Part shown: positions 1 through 14,200 of the stretch, one piece after another
Layout of the letters: every line of letters begins with the position of its first letter
Numbering within the stretch: position 1 is the stretch's first letter
Position numbers and translations under genes: made by a program
NCBI GenBank assembly: GCA_002633005.1
Contig: NMRA01000053.1
Span: forward strand, 506,131-570,130
DNA: 64,000 nucleotides
Reading direction: 5' to 3'
Origin: Phoronis australis
Lineage: Eukaryota > Animalia > Phoronida
Notes under the pieces: model-generated
Told to the model about the DNA's origin: nothing
Database searches by the model: none
What the model saw: the letters and a program-made list of their open reading frames with translations, nothing else

Positions 1-845
1 TGTCTGTCCTGTTCTTTCCCACAATTCTTCATTTCTTATCCTTTCTGGCCACTGTATCCTCAAAATTTTTCTCAAGCATGAATTGACAAAAGTGCCCTAA
101 TTTTCATGAGACCCCTCTGTATTATTCATACCATATTTACTACTTCATTCACTACATGAATGTAAGAAACAATGATCAACTCCATATTTACTAGTGATGC
201 AAAGGTCCTTCCCATAGAAATGCCCGCATTCGGGTAATCAGTTGATCCTTTATGACACGAATGCACTCATGCTGATGAACTGCCCGCAATCTGTTCCGAT
301 GTCAGGGCCTTTATTCTTTAGCTTCGCCTTGGGAATATTGAGCTGTGCATTAGTGCAATGTTTACTGTCTACAATGTCATCAGTGATCATCTGCACCACA
401 CCCCACTATGCTGTGTTGTCTCCTCTTGTTTCATGTACAAACTCGTTGACAAATGAAAGACTGACAAGTCAGTCTTTTGTATTGGAAATGGTCAGTTCTT
501 TCATGAACGTGTTCAAAAAAGTCTGCGGTTCTATGTATTGGTTGGTGACTTGGAAGACAGTAGACTAGTTTTGTCTTTGGTGACAGGTTAGAAAACAATA
601 GTTCAGTTCTGTGTCCATATTCATCAATTCGAAAATGACAGATTGTGCAGTTGGGTGTGGGCCCCCAAGACGACCTTTTCTGTATTGCTGTTGTAGAGGG
701 ATAAAATGTCTCCCCATTATTAGATCCATCAATTTCCATCATGATTCTGGATCGACATCTGCTTAACTTGCCAGCATGAAAATTGTCATCTTGTTGGAGA
801 CGTGTGACCTGTGTCATAATGTTCATTGTGAAATATGCTTTCCAG

Positions 846-1138
846 GAGCAATTGGTGACCTGGACGGAGATGGTAGTCCTGACATTGTCCTTCCTTTTGG
901 ATCATATGCTTTGATCAAGGACAAATCTGGCAGCTATGTAGGAATGAAGTTATTCGCAAAAATTTTGAAAATCAACTTGTCTGATTTGATCAGCAACCCC
1001 AGATGGATTTCTGTGAAAGCCAAGACGGATATAGAGGACCGACACAATGAGTTACAAGAAATCAAGTTGCGTCCCATGTCACAACAACCTTGGACAGGAT
1101 TTCTTGGCAACGGGAATAGTGTTTATGAAAAGACGTGA
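846..1138 (+). CDS. FAM234: Terminal coding exon of FAM234-like (FG-GAP repeat) paralog A; upstream exons lie outside the window
   Basis: Acceptor ttccag at 844-845, phase 1. Encodes GAIGDLDGDGSPDIVLPFG...QQPWTGFLGNGNSVYEKT*, with an FG-GAP-type DxDxDG loop. Homologous to exon 10963-11252 on the minus strand. Confidence 0.85.
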
Positions 1139-3305
1139 TGGTGGTTGTGGTGCTGTTTGGAGCTGTGTGCCAACTATTATTTGTCTAATTGGATAGCAGG
1201 AATAGTTTAGCCAAAAGTACATGTATGTTCATTTGTCAGTATTTTTATTGTTGCAATACTATCATGTTGTTACGGTTACTCTGCTGTTGTTATGGTGCTG
1301 AAGAATATTAGTTTAGGTTGTGCTATTTTTAGCTTTCATACTTATGTCAGAACTGAAGTTTTGGTTAGTGGCTATACCACAGACTTAAGTTAAAATGGAG
1401 AAATGCGGTATTTTCTGGAGTTTGAAGTGTTAAATCGACTGGGAGAAGTAAATATGTGTAAAACAAACACCTTGTACCTTGTCAATATGTACACAAACCT
1501 GTGTGTGCCAACTACCACCATTATGATGAAAGCTGATCTAGTAATTTTTTGTGGATTAGGGCAATTATCCCATTAGCCATTAATTCAATACAGATGAACA
1601 TAAATTCTGGATGTGTGAAATGCTTCTAAAATGAAGCAATCTCTAGAGAGCATCTATCTACATCTGCCAGTGCTGCTGGTATGACTGCTACGCAACATTC
1701 CTTTGCGCACATGACATCTCTCGTTATCCATAAAAGTCTGTAGGCTTCACAAATGCTCTTTTAGCATTATAGGCTAAAACAATTACACCAGACATTTGCA
1801 GACTACATAAGCTTGATCCATTGCACAAAACACTCCATTTGAAACTCATGAAACCTTCTTATGTGTTTATAGTAACCAGGCTCTTGCTGAGAGAATGTCC
1901 AGAAATTCATGTAGACCATATTCCTCTGCAGTTGATGGTTGGCATGTGATCCAAGTTAATATCCACAGGTAGTGTCCATAGCCAGTAGTGTAGTGCAGTA
2001 TACTACTATAATAGCAGTCTTCTTGTTCATAGCAAAGAGTGTAGTACAGTATACAACTATAGTAGACTTCTTGTTAATAGCCATCGCTGGTTCTGCTTGT
2101 CACCTGTCTCACTTAACCTTCTATCCAGAAAAATCAGTGATTCTCCAAAGAGTGTTCATCTGACTTTCACTTTTGTCAACAACAGTAAGGTCCAGTGTCT
2201 CTCCAGAGTGAGTCTGGTCATCACACTTTCACTTTTGTCCATAGCAGTAAGGTCCTGGGTTTCTCCAGAGCAAATGTCCACGACCAAATTGCTTCCACTT
2301 ACTGCATTTGAAATCCTTGGAAGCAGTATTAGTGACGACAATGCAGCTTAGCCATGGAGGTCAAATTTGTGATTTCAACTTGACTTGTGTAATTAACTTG
2401 CTAAGGGCCGTTGGTGCAATATTTGCACAAAAGTTTTTGTTCTCTAATCCTCTCCAAAAGCACAGTCTAGTGACACACAGCTCAAAAATGGTGTTAGTGT
2501 ACATATTTACAGGTGACATATGCGTGTGTGCATGTTCTGGTCACTAAGTCGTCTGCTGTGTATTGTACCCGTGGCTGGTGGTCACAGCAGACGAGAAATT
2601 TTGAGCAAGCCATTATATTGATGCAATGGTTGTAACTGTGTGTTGTAAACAATTGTGACTCAAGTACCCAAATACATTACTAGATAAAACATTGCTTGGA
2701 AATTTGTATGTTATAGTACTGTTATGTTCTCAACACAGTACATGGTAACCACTGTAGCCTCTTTGATGTGTGGTAGATAGGTAGTTGATTTGTTTATCAG
2801 CTTGTTTGTTGCTGGGCAAAAAACTGTGTGATGCATACCTGCATGTGAAAACCACTCTCGTCTGGAATTCTCACTAAAGCTATGATGCTGGCAACGCTTC
2901 TACTATTTCTCGTGCTGTAGTTGGAAAAAAATTTTCATTGGTTTATGTGAGCTTATTAACTTTTGTAATAATGTAGTAGTGATATTCTGTACTTTGGTGA
3001 AATACATTATAAATGCCAGCCAGTTTTATTATGGTACAACTGGAACCACTACCAGTTGGTGCAGTAGAACGTTTACAAGGCGCACTGTCTCCTCAGCTCT
3101 GCTGGAAGAAAGTTAGATTTTAAGATCTGATTTATGTGATTCAGCTCTATTTACCTATGAGTGATTTTAATTGTGTGCCGGAACTCTTGAGTATGAGACA
3201 TTGCTGTGCATATCTGTGTCTCCTGTGCCAAGTTGTAGTCTGTATGTCGGGCTTGTGTGTACTTCTGCATTATGGAATATTCCAGGGCATTATGGTGAAA
3301 TACCA

Positions 3306-3458
3306 GGCGTGCGTTCAGTAGACGCTAGGACCTACGCTAGGACCTAGCCAAAAGCTAGCCAAGGTCACGTGCTCGTATTTAAAATACACGGCAATATCTC
3401 GCGTAATCTCGCAAAGTCTTGCTTTTAAGCTAGGTCCTAGCGTTACTGAACGGGAGGC
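3306..3458. mobile_element. MITE with imperfect TIRs
   Basis: cgttcagtagacgctaggaccta ... taggtcctagcgttactgaacg inverted arms. Confidence 0.6.
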
Positions 3459-6401
3459 TGTACTTACAATTATATATAGTAATAGAAATAGAAATAAAAA
3501 ATGTTCAAATCTAATGTTACTTATTTAAAACGATTGTAAACTTGCCTTCTCTCTCGTAGAGAAGTTTTGATTTCGCCTAGTTACTGGTATGACTTAGACT
3601 TTAAATATTGGGATTTCAATGGTTTGAAAGAACTGACAGTTGGTTGTTACTTGAGGCCAGACTCTTCACGGTGGCTGTCATTACTTCCGCCCAGCATGGT
3701 TACAAGGAATGAAGATTTGTCGACTCTTTCCATTGTCAGAAATCACTTCTCATCTGCGTAAGGAAGAAGCAAGACCAATTTTGCAGGGTAAGTAGTCTGA
3801 ATTAGTTTGCATCTGGGACAGGACGCGGGTTTCAGGTAGTTGGGTATAAGATTATTTCACAAAAATGGATTGCACCACCGAGAATGCGTGAAAACACGAA
3901 GCATGTTGCACGCAGTGCGATCACTGCATGTCGGTATAACCCCCCGGAGTGGTGTATACAAATAACCAGTTATCAATCATAGACATCACACGTCTGAGTT
4001 TGCTAACTGATTTTTAGAAAAAAGTATTCTATGTTATTCTCGTTTGCCAAGAACAAAAGTGTATGTTCACTTACACGTTTTTCTGAAACACCCATAGTAT
4101 CATGAAAAGTCCGCAACCAGAAAAACTGTCGTGGGAAAATAGTTAATGTACTGACGGGTCGACGGACCACTTTGATTCCCGTTTAGCCATCTAACGCATT
4201 TGTTCGTGCTTTGAAGGAAAATACATACCATAATGTGATCGTGAATTATGTTCAGATTGTGTACGTAGTAGGCTATACACTTGACATCCGCCTGCTCCAC
4301 ACGACTCCTGTTTTCGTTTGAAAACGCAACTACTTTTTTCTTTCCGGTTTCAGCTTCCATCCAAAGTACTCATCAATTGGACTCCAACTTTAGCTGCACA
4401 CAGATATTTTTGAAAACTTAGACTTCTTGCGGATGCAACTTCCTGACATATATCCGAAACCAAAACTTTTTAAAACTTTGTATTCGGAATGTAAGAAGAC
4501 AAAATGTCCATCGTAACGGCAACGTTTCGAGCACGTGTTCTTTCTCGATGTGCGAGATAGTCATCCAGTACGTCGCACCGCACAATGGGAAACGGACCAC
4601 GTGCTCCGCGTTTAATGCGTGATTTGAGATATGTAGGCACCGTAACATACCACATTAGAACACGCATATATGAACCGTGCAAGTACATGTAAATCGTATT
4701 ATTTCAAAAACTATTGTGTATATTGCTGCTTGTGTAAAGCTATGTAGCCCCTAGGACCAATATCAAATACTCCCAGGTAGTCCTCTCCACGAAAAATTAA
4801 TATCTTTATATGTTTTATCCACTGAGTTGAGCACCGAAAAGGCTATTCAATGTTTTTGATCCCTGAGTAACCCGGGGATCATTTAGAACGTTCTCAGAAA
4901 TATTGCAAACTTTTTTTCAAGCTTGCAACGTTGCTTGCCAGTCAGCGGAATTGGCGGTGTTATAAATTTGAATTTCAAGTAAGAAGCATTCGAAGGTACT
5001 GTGGCTGTATCAATAACACGGACATCAATAATATAAATTCCAGTGTAGAAATTTGGCTTTTCACAACCCGGCGTGGTGTCAGTTTCCCATTTTGAGGGCG
5101 TACTGCGCCTAAATTCCTTGGCAATCTTTTCCTTAATTCTCCTGTTCGTGAAAGTATCCCTGCCTCATCACTCCTGCAGCGCCGTTCTTGAAAAATATTG
5201 TTTTGCCGTGTTCACTGTTTTGGGACCGTAACCCATCGTTTGTGTGTTTCAGGAAGGAAGGAGTGGCGTCCCTAATTGCAGATGGCGAAAGAACGAATAC
5301 AGAAGGGACGGAGTTCATAATTAGGCAACTCTTACACTAGTACTACTGCCTTGCACACTGGCACAAGTACTCTGTTAGCTTAAGTCCAGTTGAAGTCTAC
5401 GATTTAAACTTGACCTAATTCAGTTCATCTGCGCCGGTGGATCTGTGGATCTTTAAGAACCAAAAGTGAACTCATGGAATACTTCTGCCGTGTATAAACT
5501 CAGTCATTTCAGGGCAGGCCTCTTGGACGCTAAATACGACTTTGCTACGTTTGCCCCCCCCCGTGATCCCATTCCGTTGTCGCACCAACTTCCACTCCTT
5601 GCTGTTTGGGGGGGGGCAAAGCCCGGGTATGAGGAATACCCATATGCTTCACTATCCTATGTTTAAACACGCGAACCCGAATTTCTGGTAGCTGTCCCCA
5701 AATGATATAGCCTCATTGAGAACCTAATTCAAAATTCACCAAAATACTAATTTTTAAAACGCTGAACACTGATTAGCAAAAGTCATCCAGTGCACATTGC
5801 TGCTGATAATTTTTTTTCAAATTTAAGCCTGGTTCTAGTCCACGTTCACCCAAGCACCAGCAATTTGTTACAAGATTAGCTTCTAACTGTCAAAAATCAT
5901 CGATATGTAAATCACAGCAAAAATGAATCCTTCGAAACTACCGGATTATTTTTCACGTGTTGGGCTGCCCAACACGTGGGCAACACAATATAAAAGACTA
6001 ACGGCGCACACGCGAGGCGTGTAACTGCAAGTTGTTCCCGGAGGCATCGGCTCGAAAGTATTTGACGGGCAACCGGGAAAGCATGGCGACAGGGCATCCC
6101 ACAGGAGGTCTGAGGACTCTCCCTAGGAATTTTTAAGTATTTATTTTGTTAGCGTAAATTGTGGTTTATCCCAGTGGTAACCTGTTACGGTGAGTTAAAC
6201 TTGCACTCCAAAAAACAGAAATGTTTACGATTGCTACTGAGGACAATGTACTTTGAACACCTTAGACATACGCTCTACATGGTCATCAAAAGTCACACCC
6301 CGACAGTCTGGCATGTGTGAGTTTCCTACAACTCCTTCGTCATCAACAATCTCGCACTTTTTGTTGTTGGATGGCGTGTTTTGGTGCTGCTGTGAAGAGC
6401 A

Positions 6402-8676
6402 CTGATACGCCGTAGAATGTAACAATTTCGTAAAATGTAACAACTGTTACATTTTATGTCATTGTTACATTTTACGTTGTTAGGCACAAACGACAATAAC
6501 AACATTTTTCACGGAGAATTTGATTTCGGGAGCCAGTTTGATAGAAAAAAAACACCAGTTTTAGTCCATGATAGTTTGGTTCATTTCGGCCAGTGTTTTA
6601 TTGCCTTGGGGTCATCGCTAACGCAGTAATTGACCTGCTTCACACAAAAAGAGCAAAAGTTTCTGATGCCGACGGGTTCTGTCTACCACCTTAGTTACCA
6701 ATGACAATTTCTTAAAGAAATTGCGGTGGAATGAAATAAAAGCACGCATTTGTTTGCCGGCAGGTTGACAGATTTTGCCAAAGCAACAGCAAAATATCGC
6801 CTTTGAGAAGGGTCAATAGTTGCGGCATAGTAACGTATTTTATACAGCTTAAAAGCTCAAAGAAATATCATTGTCCCTATGATGTCTAACCTGTCTGAAA
6901 TAGTGGTGGTAACAATAGGTCAAACTGTAACTTGTTTACGTAAAATGGGATGCCTAGTTGGGGAAATAGAAAATATTTTGCACGCTTAAAGGACATGATA
7001 ATTTTGCTCAAACCTGGTCTAGGTTGATAGTTTAAACGGACAATAGTTCAAAAAAGCTGATTGTCGGCCTTTCAGACAATAAAAACGTGCACGTTCTCTT
7101 GTTATTATCTTTTAAGATAAAGTATGAATTAAAATTGCTATTTGGGCAATTTTCGTTACGAGTTCGAAGTACATACAAATAAAGATTGGACATTCTGTTA
7201 TTAATGGACGTGAAGTCATGTGTCTCATGAGGCGTCATTTTTTGTGTTGCAGCTAGCAGATAAGGGAATTCGGTATATTAACCCTTTCGATACATTGCAC
7301 TAAATGTTCATATTAAAAATCGCTGACGTTGGCAGGTTTTGTTCCATACAATCTATTTTCGATGAAAACTAGTTCAAATTATTCTGTTAAATCACTGTGT
7401 TTTTCTAAGAATATTGAGGCCCGTTCCACATAAAATTTTTGCCCGTTTTGTATGTCCGTTACCAGCTATTCTAATGACCCGGTAACCGCAGCCGACTAGT
7501 CGTTAGTTCTCGAAAAATGGCTGCCCCCAGAGTTCAACTGAACGCAATTTTTGAACTTACACATCATCGTGTAACGATACCCAGCTCTTTGACAAGGAAA
7601 GTTTTTAACGAGAGACAAAAATGATTACACGATGGTTATCCTCACGTTTAGATGCAAGTCGCCAGTAAAATACTGCGGTCTCAATTTAGTTCTTCGTGTC
7701 TAACTACAAATGAATATAGTCATATTTACAAACAATACAGTGCTTGCGGATAGTTCAGAAATAATCAATTTTGAAGTTGGTGCACGCCTAAACAAGATTT
7801 TAAATTTCAGCCTCCTCGTTTCCAAAAAGCAGGCCTACTCTGCATCCAAAGCTGTCAAGACGTTCCTCACAACACAGGAACCCCTTTAATTTTTTTTTGA
7901 AACAGTACTCGCTGTCCACTATGGAAAGCCCGATGAAAACATTGAACCATAAATCAGATGATTTTAAAATCTTTAAGGACTATGATGTATTAGTACTTTG
8001 CTAAACAGGTATTGTCTTCGTTAAATAAGTTTAAAATAATAATAATTACGATAACGAAAACGATAACGAGTAATAGTAATGATAGTAGTAATAGCAGTAA
8101 TTGTAGTAACAGTAGTAATAGTGATGTAATACTAATAAAAATTATAATAGGTAGCCAATTTCATGTCGTGTCAGCCCGGAGGGCATTCCTATAGACGAAG
8201 TATACGAAAGTGCCGCCCAAAAGGGTGTTTTTTCACAGAAAAAAATACTCTTTAAAATGGTGCCATTTTCGGCAATAAAAGGTGCTTTTCGTGAACATCT
8301 GGAACAGAAGTGTGCAAAAATACGAATTTTTACACAAATTAGTCTCTAAATGGGTCACTTTCGTTCAACGGGTAGGTATTCAATTTTTCCGGGCGACACA
8401 TCTTGTCCAAAAATACTCCAGTACCCCGCGGCCGTGACAGATACCACTTGGTCGTGTTTTTGGTCGTTTTCTTTGCAACATGACGTGAGTTTCGTAAAAT
8501 GTAACAAAGGTACATTTCTCGTATGTGCGTTTGAAGTGAAATGTAACAACTACATAAAATGAAATGTAACAACTTGTTACATTTTAGGAGAGGCTTAGCA
8601 ACGTAATATGTAACAATGACGTAAAATGTAACAGTTGTAACATTTTACGAAATTGTTACATTTTACAGCATATCAG
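6402..8676. mobile_element. Non-autonomous TIR DNA transposon, about 84-bp TIRs, 4-bp TSD AGCA
   Basis: 6402-6485 (ctgatacgccgtagaatgtaacaatttcg...) is the reverse complement of 8593-8676 (...aaattgttacattttacagcatatcag) with few mismatches. AGCA at 6398-6401 and 8677-8680. No transposase ORF inside. Confidence 0.8.
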
Positions 8677-9255
8677 AGCACGTTTTGTGGTTTTCTAGAC
8701 CAGTTTGAAATTTTATCTGCATCTCCTAGTTATATGAATATTAGATTTGAAACAAATTAGTAGCAGATGTTGAAAACAAAACGGCACAAGCACTCAGTGT
8801 GATGTACATGTAAACGGACCATTCTGTTGTGCCTGAGGACACTAAAAATATGAATGCCGTATTGCGGAACAGCACTCTGTATATAACTGAAAAATGTGGG
8901 ATAACAAACTAGTTCACCGGTTCATTGTTATTTTTTAATTGTAGCAAATTAAAAAATATACAAATATTTTTGGATGAGTTTGAACCATGTTGAGTATACA
9001 TTACAAAACATTATTGTATTAACTACCTTCAAGGTATCTTGTATCTTCATGATTTGTTGAGATACCCACTGATGATTCTCGTCACTGTGCCTACCTGCAA
9101 GGGTTAAATTTTCCTCATTTGATGAAAACTTGATGTTGTCTTATTTTGTCACCAAGAAACAAGCAATCACAATTATAAGACAAGTGAATTAATTTGTGAT
9201 CGCACATTTTTCAGTTGTACATAAAGTGCCAAACAGTGTAGCACATATTCTAATA

Positions 9256-10060
9256 GGGGCCCGTAAAGGAATCCCCGGGCGGATGATGAGAGCGCCTAAA
9301 TGTTGGAAAAAACACGGCCCGAATTGTTAGCAGGCAAATTTTCTGGTGTCTATTCTAAACTGACATTTACTTTATACTAAATATTGATGTTGGAAACTTT
9401 GCATACGTTGCATTTAGAAGCCGGAGGTGTGAATGCTGTGTGATTCCGACACGAACCGCCTTCGATTGTGTCTCGAATTCGAATCAGCGACGTAGTGGCC
9501 GTTTAATTTGGTGCAAACTCAGTGCTGTAGTGGTAAACTTAGAGGTAAGTAGGCGCCAAAAGCCCACTGTATCACCTTGAGCACTGAACGCAACCTACGC
9601 TGCGTAGGCGCTATGTTCAAATGCTAAAAGGTGGTTGGCTGCGCCTACGTGCGCCTACGCCCCACTACAGCACTGTGCAAAATACACAAGAAAACACACC
9701 CCAATTCGGTCTTTTCATACCAATTAATACTCAAATTGATCAAAACTGTCACATTTAAAACTTCTTCAACTTATTAGGCTAGCACACATTCTGATACTGG
9801 GCCGTATGAGAATCTCCGGATGACTGAGATCGCCTAACAGTCGAAAAATTACAAGGCGCGTCCGAATTATTACCTGGCAATTTTCTAGTGTTAATTCTTA
9901 AGTGTAGCTAATTTTTTCCAAAAAATTGAATTTGGGAACTTTTACTTTGCACTCGTGCCATTTCGTAGCCGAAGGTGTGAAAATTGTGCGAAGGACCGGG
10001 CCGCTGGCGAGTGTGCCAGTGTCCCGTATTGGAATCACCGACGATTAGCCGTTAAATTCA
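9256..10060 (+). repeat. Two diverged direct repeats of about 260 bp (about 9256-9510 and 9799-10060) flanking the hAT MITE
   Basis: Collinear shared blocks: gggc(c)cgta...gcctaa...ccgaatt...ggcaa(a)ttttct...agccg.aggtgtgaa...gaatca.cgacg...gccgtt.aatt. Confidence 0.55.
9520..9675. mobile_element. hAT-type MITE
   Basis: Perfect 14-bp TIRs CAGTGCTGTAGTGG / CCACTACAGCACTG; 8-bp flanks tgcaaact / tgcaaaat (7 of 8 match). Confidence 0.75.
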
Positions 10061-10962
10061 TGCAAGTTGTGAATCGATGGAACTTTATGCACAATTCTGC
10101 TATCGATGGCCTTTGTATGTCTGATGCAATTCAGGCATTTGACCAGTACTGTACCTTTTTTAGCGTATAACGGAAAAAAGTGTTCTGAAGGCTTACTGAT
10201 TTTTGTACATATAATGGTTAATACAATTGGATTGTGGGATCACTTCAATTTAGTAGTATTTCAAACACCCAGAATCTGAGTTCAGTTTATCACAGATATG
10301 AGTGAACATGAAATCTAGTACCAGCTTACTGAGTGGACGATCACCTGGTTGACACTTTCTGGATTCTGATTCATTGACAGGACTTTCGTCCCACAAATTC
10401 ATACTTTGGGGATACACAAGTACCAATGTTGGTAAAAGGTTCTACACTGGATTCATTCAAGATGCAAATGACCCAAAAATTTTTCATGGTTACAATGAAA
10501 TATTCTTATACTTCAAATGTCACTTCCTGTTGTTTGGGGCGAGGCTCGAACACACTTCATAATAACGATGGTAGTAGACACACTGCTGTTGATGTACTTG
10601 CTAAAAGGCAAAGTACAAGGTAGTTGTTTCGTATGTCTCGATCACTAGCAATTACTTCTCCCAGACGGAGAGCTGCAAGAGAGCATTGGAATTCTACATT
10701 CTTATCTACTTATTTCTAGAGGGGTTGCAAGGTAATTCTGACTTCATAATGTTTGTGTAACCAGTTGTGACATAAGATTGAAAGCTACAGTCTTAAAAGT
10801 ATTATTCATCAGCACCATAGCAACAGAAAGTAATCCAAACAAAATGATCATAATAATACAAAACTACTGACAATATACTTGCACGTTTGCCTACAATATC
10901 CCTATTATCCAATTAGACAAACAACTGTTGGCAGGCAGCCCCAAACAGCACCACAACCACTA

Positions 10963-11252
10963 TCACGTCTTTTGATAAACACTATTCCCGTTGCCAAGAT
11001 ACCCTGTCCAAGGTTGTGACGTGGGACGCAACTTGATTTCTTGTAACTCATTGTGTCGGTCCTCTATGTCCGTCTTGGCTTTCACAGAAATCCATCTGGG
11101 GTTGCTGATCAAATCAGACAAGTTGATTTTCACAATTTTTGCAAAAAACTTCATTCTCACGTAATGACCAGATTTGTTCAAGATCGGAGCATGTGATCCA
11201 AAAGGAAGGACGATGTCGAGACTCCCATCTCCGTCCAGATCGCATAGTCCCC
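10963..11252 (-). CDS. FAM234: FAM234-like B terminal exon 14
   Basis: ttttcag|; GLCDLDGDGSLDIVLPFG...QPWTGYLGNGNSVYQKT*. Confidence 0.9.
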
Positions 11253-14200
11253 CTGAAAAGCATATTCCCAATGACAGGTCAGCGGTCTCCAAAATGGTGA
11301 TACACGAAAATATGATTGTCACAATTTTCACGTATAAAAGTTAAGCAGACGTCGATCCAGAACCATGGGAATTTGGGCGGTCTGACCATGGAGGATACAT
11401 GGGCCCGGGGTATTTCTTAGGCAATAGTCGGATATAACGTGTCCATATTTTGACAACTAGTTTGATGCCCGTTATTCAGTAGAGAAAACTGGTTCCCATT
11501 ACCACTTCTTAAACCTCCATAACAGCAATACAGAAAAATTTAGATTAGGGGGCCCACACCCAAAGAAATACCTAATCTGAGTTATTTTTAAGTGATAAAT
11601 TGCGACACAGAGCTGATCTATCATTTTCGAATTGGTCAACAAAGACAGATCTGGTCTGCGGTCTTAGTCACCAAGCGATACATTGAACCACAGACTTTTT
11701 TTAAACACATCCATGAAAGAACTGATCATTTGCAATACATCAGACTGTCAATGAATCTATGCATGGAAGAAGGGAAGACAACACAGCACAGTGGGTATGC
11801 TGTACTCTCGGTGATGAGACTGCAGACAGTAAACATTACACTATTCCCAAGGCGAATCTAACGAATAAAGGCCCCTCTTTTTGACATCAAAACAGATTGG
11901 AGTTATTCGTATCCTAAAGGACCCACGTGATTTCCAGAATGCAGAGATTTCTACGAGAAAGATCTCTGCTTCACTTGCCACACGCAGTGAATATCGAGTA
12001 CACTAATTTTTCTTATGTCCATGCACTGAAAACTGAATGGACATATAGTAAATATAGAACGAATAATAGTGAGCGGTCTTTTCAAAACCAGCAGATGGTA
12101 CTGTTACCTGTAACCCCTTCATTAGGCTCAAGGATGGCACAAAAGGTCTCGTTATCAGCAGGACCACTTTCCACCTCCTCATCCCCTTCATCACCGTGTC
12201 TTTTGCGAATAGTTTCGCTAGTTACATCTAAATTGAAAGTTCTAATAGTGAAGGTCTGGAGTCACAGTTTACCCGGAATGGTAGGATCAAACATTAAAAT
12301 TACGTTTTTGGCGATTCTCGTAATCAGTCAATCAGTCGAGCATTACGGACCTTGAACCACATGCAGTGGCGGATTTAGAGGGGGGGGGGGGCCAAGGGGA
12401 CCATGCCCCCCCTAAAATACTTCCAGATTCCATTTGGCAGTTTGGGGGTGCGAATGTCTGACGGACAAAATCCTGGNCCCCCCCCCCCCCAGATCAGTGG
12501 AATGAATAAAATTAGTGCTCCCCTATAAAAAACCCACTGGATAATTTGGGAGATTGAGATCAGTCAAGTAAGCAATCTAATGTGGGGTTAGGTAGACAAG
12601 CTTAATCAGCCTCAACAAGCTTAAAGATGAACGAGTTGCCAGTATTCAACAAAGAAGCAGCAGTAAGACTGCGCTATGATTTTCTCTTTTTAGAGATTGT
12701 GTTGCAGTAAACGTTTTTTTTTCATTCAAAGACTGAAATGGCTGAACTTTTAAGGAGGAATTCACGTTTTATAGATTGTAGTGCCAAAAACGGCCTGCAC
12801 TACTTTTTTATTTAGCTGTAAGCAGTGCTGTTACTGACATCCATGTCTGTCAAGGTACTAATGCCCGCCCAAAAAGAAGCCAGTCTCAATTCCAAGAGCT
12901 GTGATAACTGGAAGCATTCCATTATGACCGGAAATGAGATGCAGCGCCTCGTGTAAATTTTCAAAGGTTAATTTGTACGGTGGGATGCGAAGTCTTGACT
13001 AATTTCTCACACGGACTTAGTTCATGCCAGTACCACCTAAATACAAGTAGAAATACAGTTATCAGTGGAGAATACCGGTTACATTCCCAAATACAGAATA
13101 TACTGTAGTTTGGATTTACAAAGACATGTCTACCTTTCAGTTTCAATAAATTGGCACTTCTGAATACTCTTGCCTTATGGTAAATTGAGCACTTAACTAA
13201 TACATGAACTTAGATGTTATACACAGTCAATTACTAGACATACTGTAATAGTACTTCTTAGCGGTGCCATCCGCAACCAACACCATTTGCTGCGTGTTCA
13301 GTCGGGTCACCAAGAAGACCTCAAGAGACTTAGCCGCGATCAGATCGTCCCGACATACAGGCCGGTGGTGGTACTCATTATCTAAGTTTAAAGAAAAACA
13401 AATTGTTCAGGACACAAAAAATGTTACAACTCAAGACAGCTAACCTAAGTCCAAATAGCTGGGCCTGGTTATTTAGCAACAATGATGTAGCACGATCAAG
13501 CGCAAGTTTCATGAAACCCAGCTTTTAACCAATGCATCTGCCTTTGTAGATTTTTGATGTCAGAAACAGTAAGTTTTTTAATAAACCACTTATCACTTTA
13601 GAGAAGTGATTACTAAGCTTGAGTGGACCTGGCAAAATTTTTGTTGTTGAAGATTAAGTTATCGGAATTGACAGATTTATTATCTTTTGGGCTAGAACCA
13701 ACTTGGCTGAAAATCGACACTAGATCAAGCTACTGGCTCGTATGTAATTCTAAATTGTGAACTGATATCTGTCTCCCCACTTCAGCAGAGCTAGCCTGTG
13801 CCCAAGGGTTGCAAAGAACAAACATTTGTGACTACCGTAAAACAGGCACACTGTTTTGCAATCATGTTCGTTAGTGCAGGTTCCTCTGAAGCCTCTTAAA
13901 CACGCTTGTGTACCACATGTGGGGCGTTAAATCCAAATATAAACCATTTTAGTGCTAATTTTTTATCCCTGACTCCGTGATTTGGACAAAAGATATTAAA
14001 AACAAATGAACACAGCGAAAAAAATAATATACCAATTAATAATTTCAAAACACGCTAAATCCTCCCTTGAACAGAATCTTGTTATTTTCGATGTATTGGA
14101 CTAGAAAAGAAGTCCTAGAAATTATAATGAGGCAAAATAGCGCTATTTTACTTTATGAAAAAATTTCCGGAGTAAACAAGAGTAGGACGAGAATTTTTTT

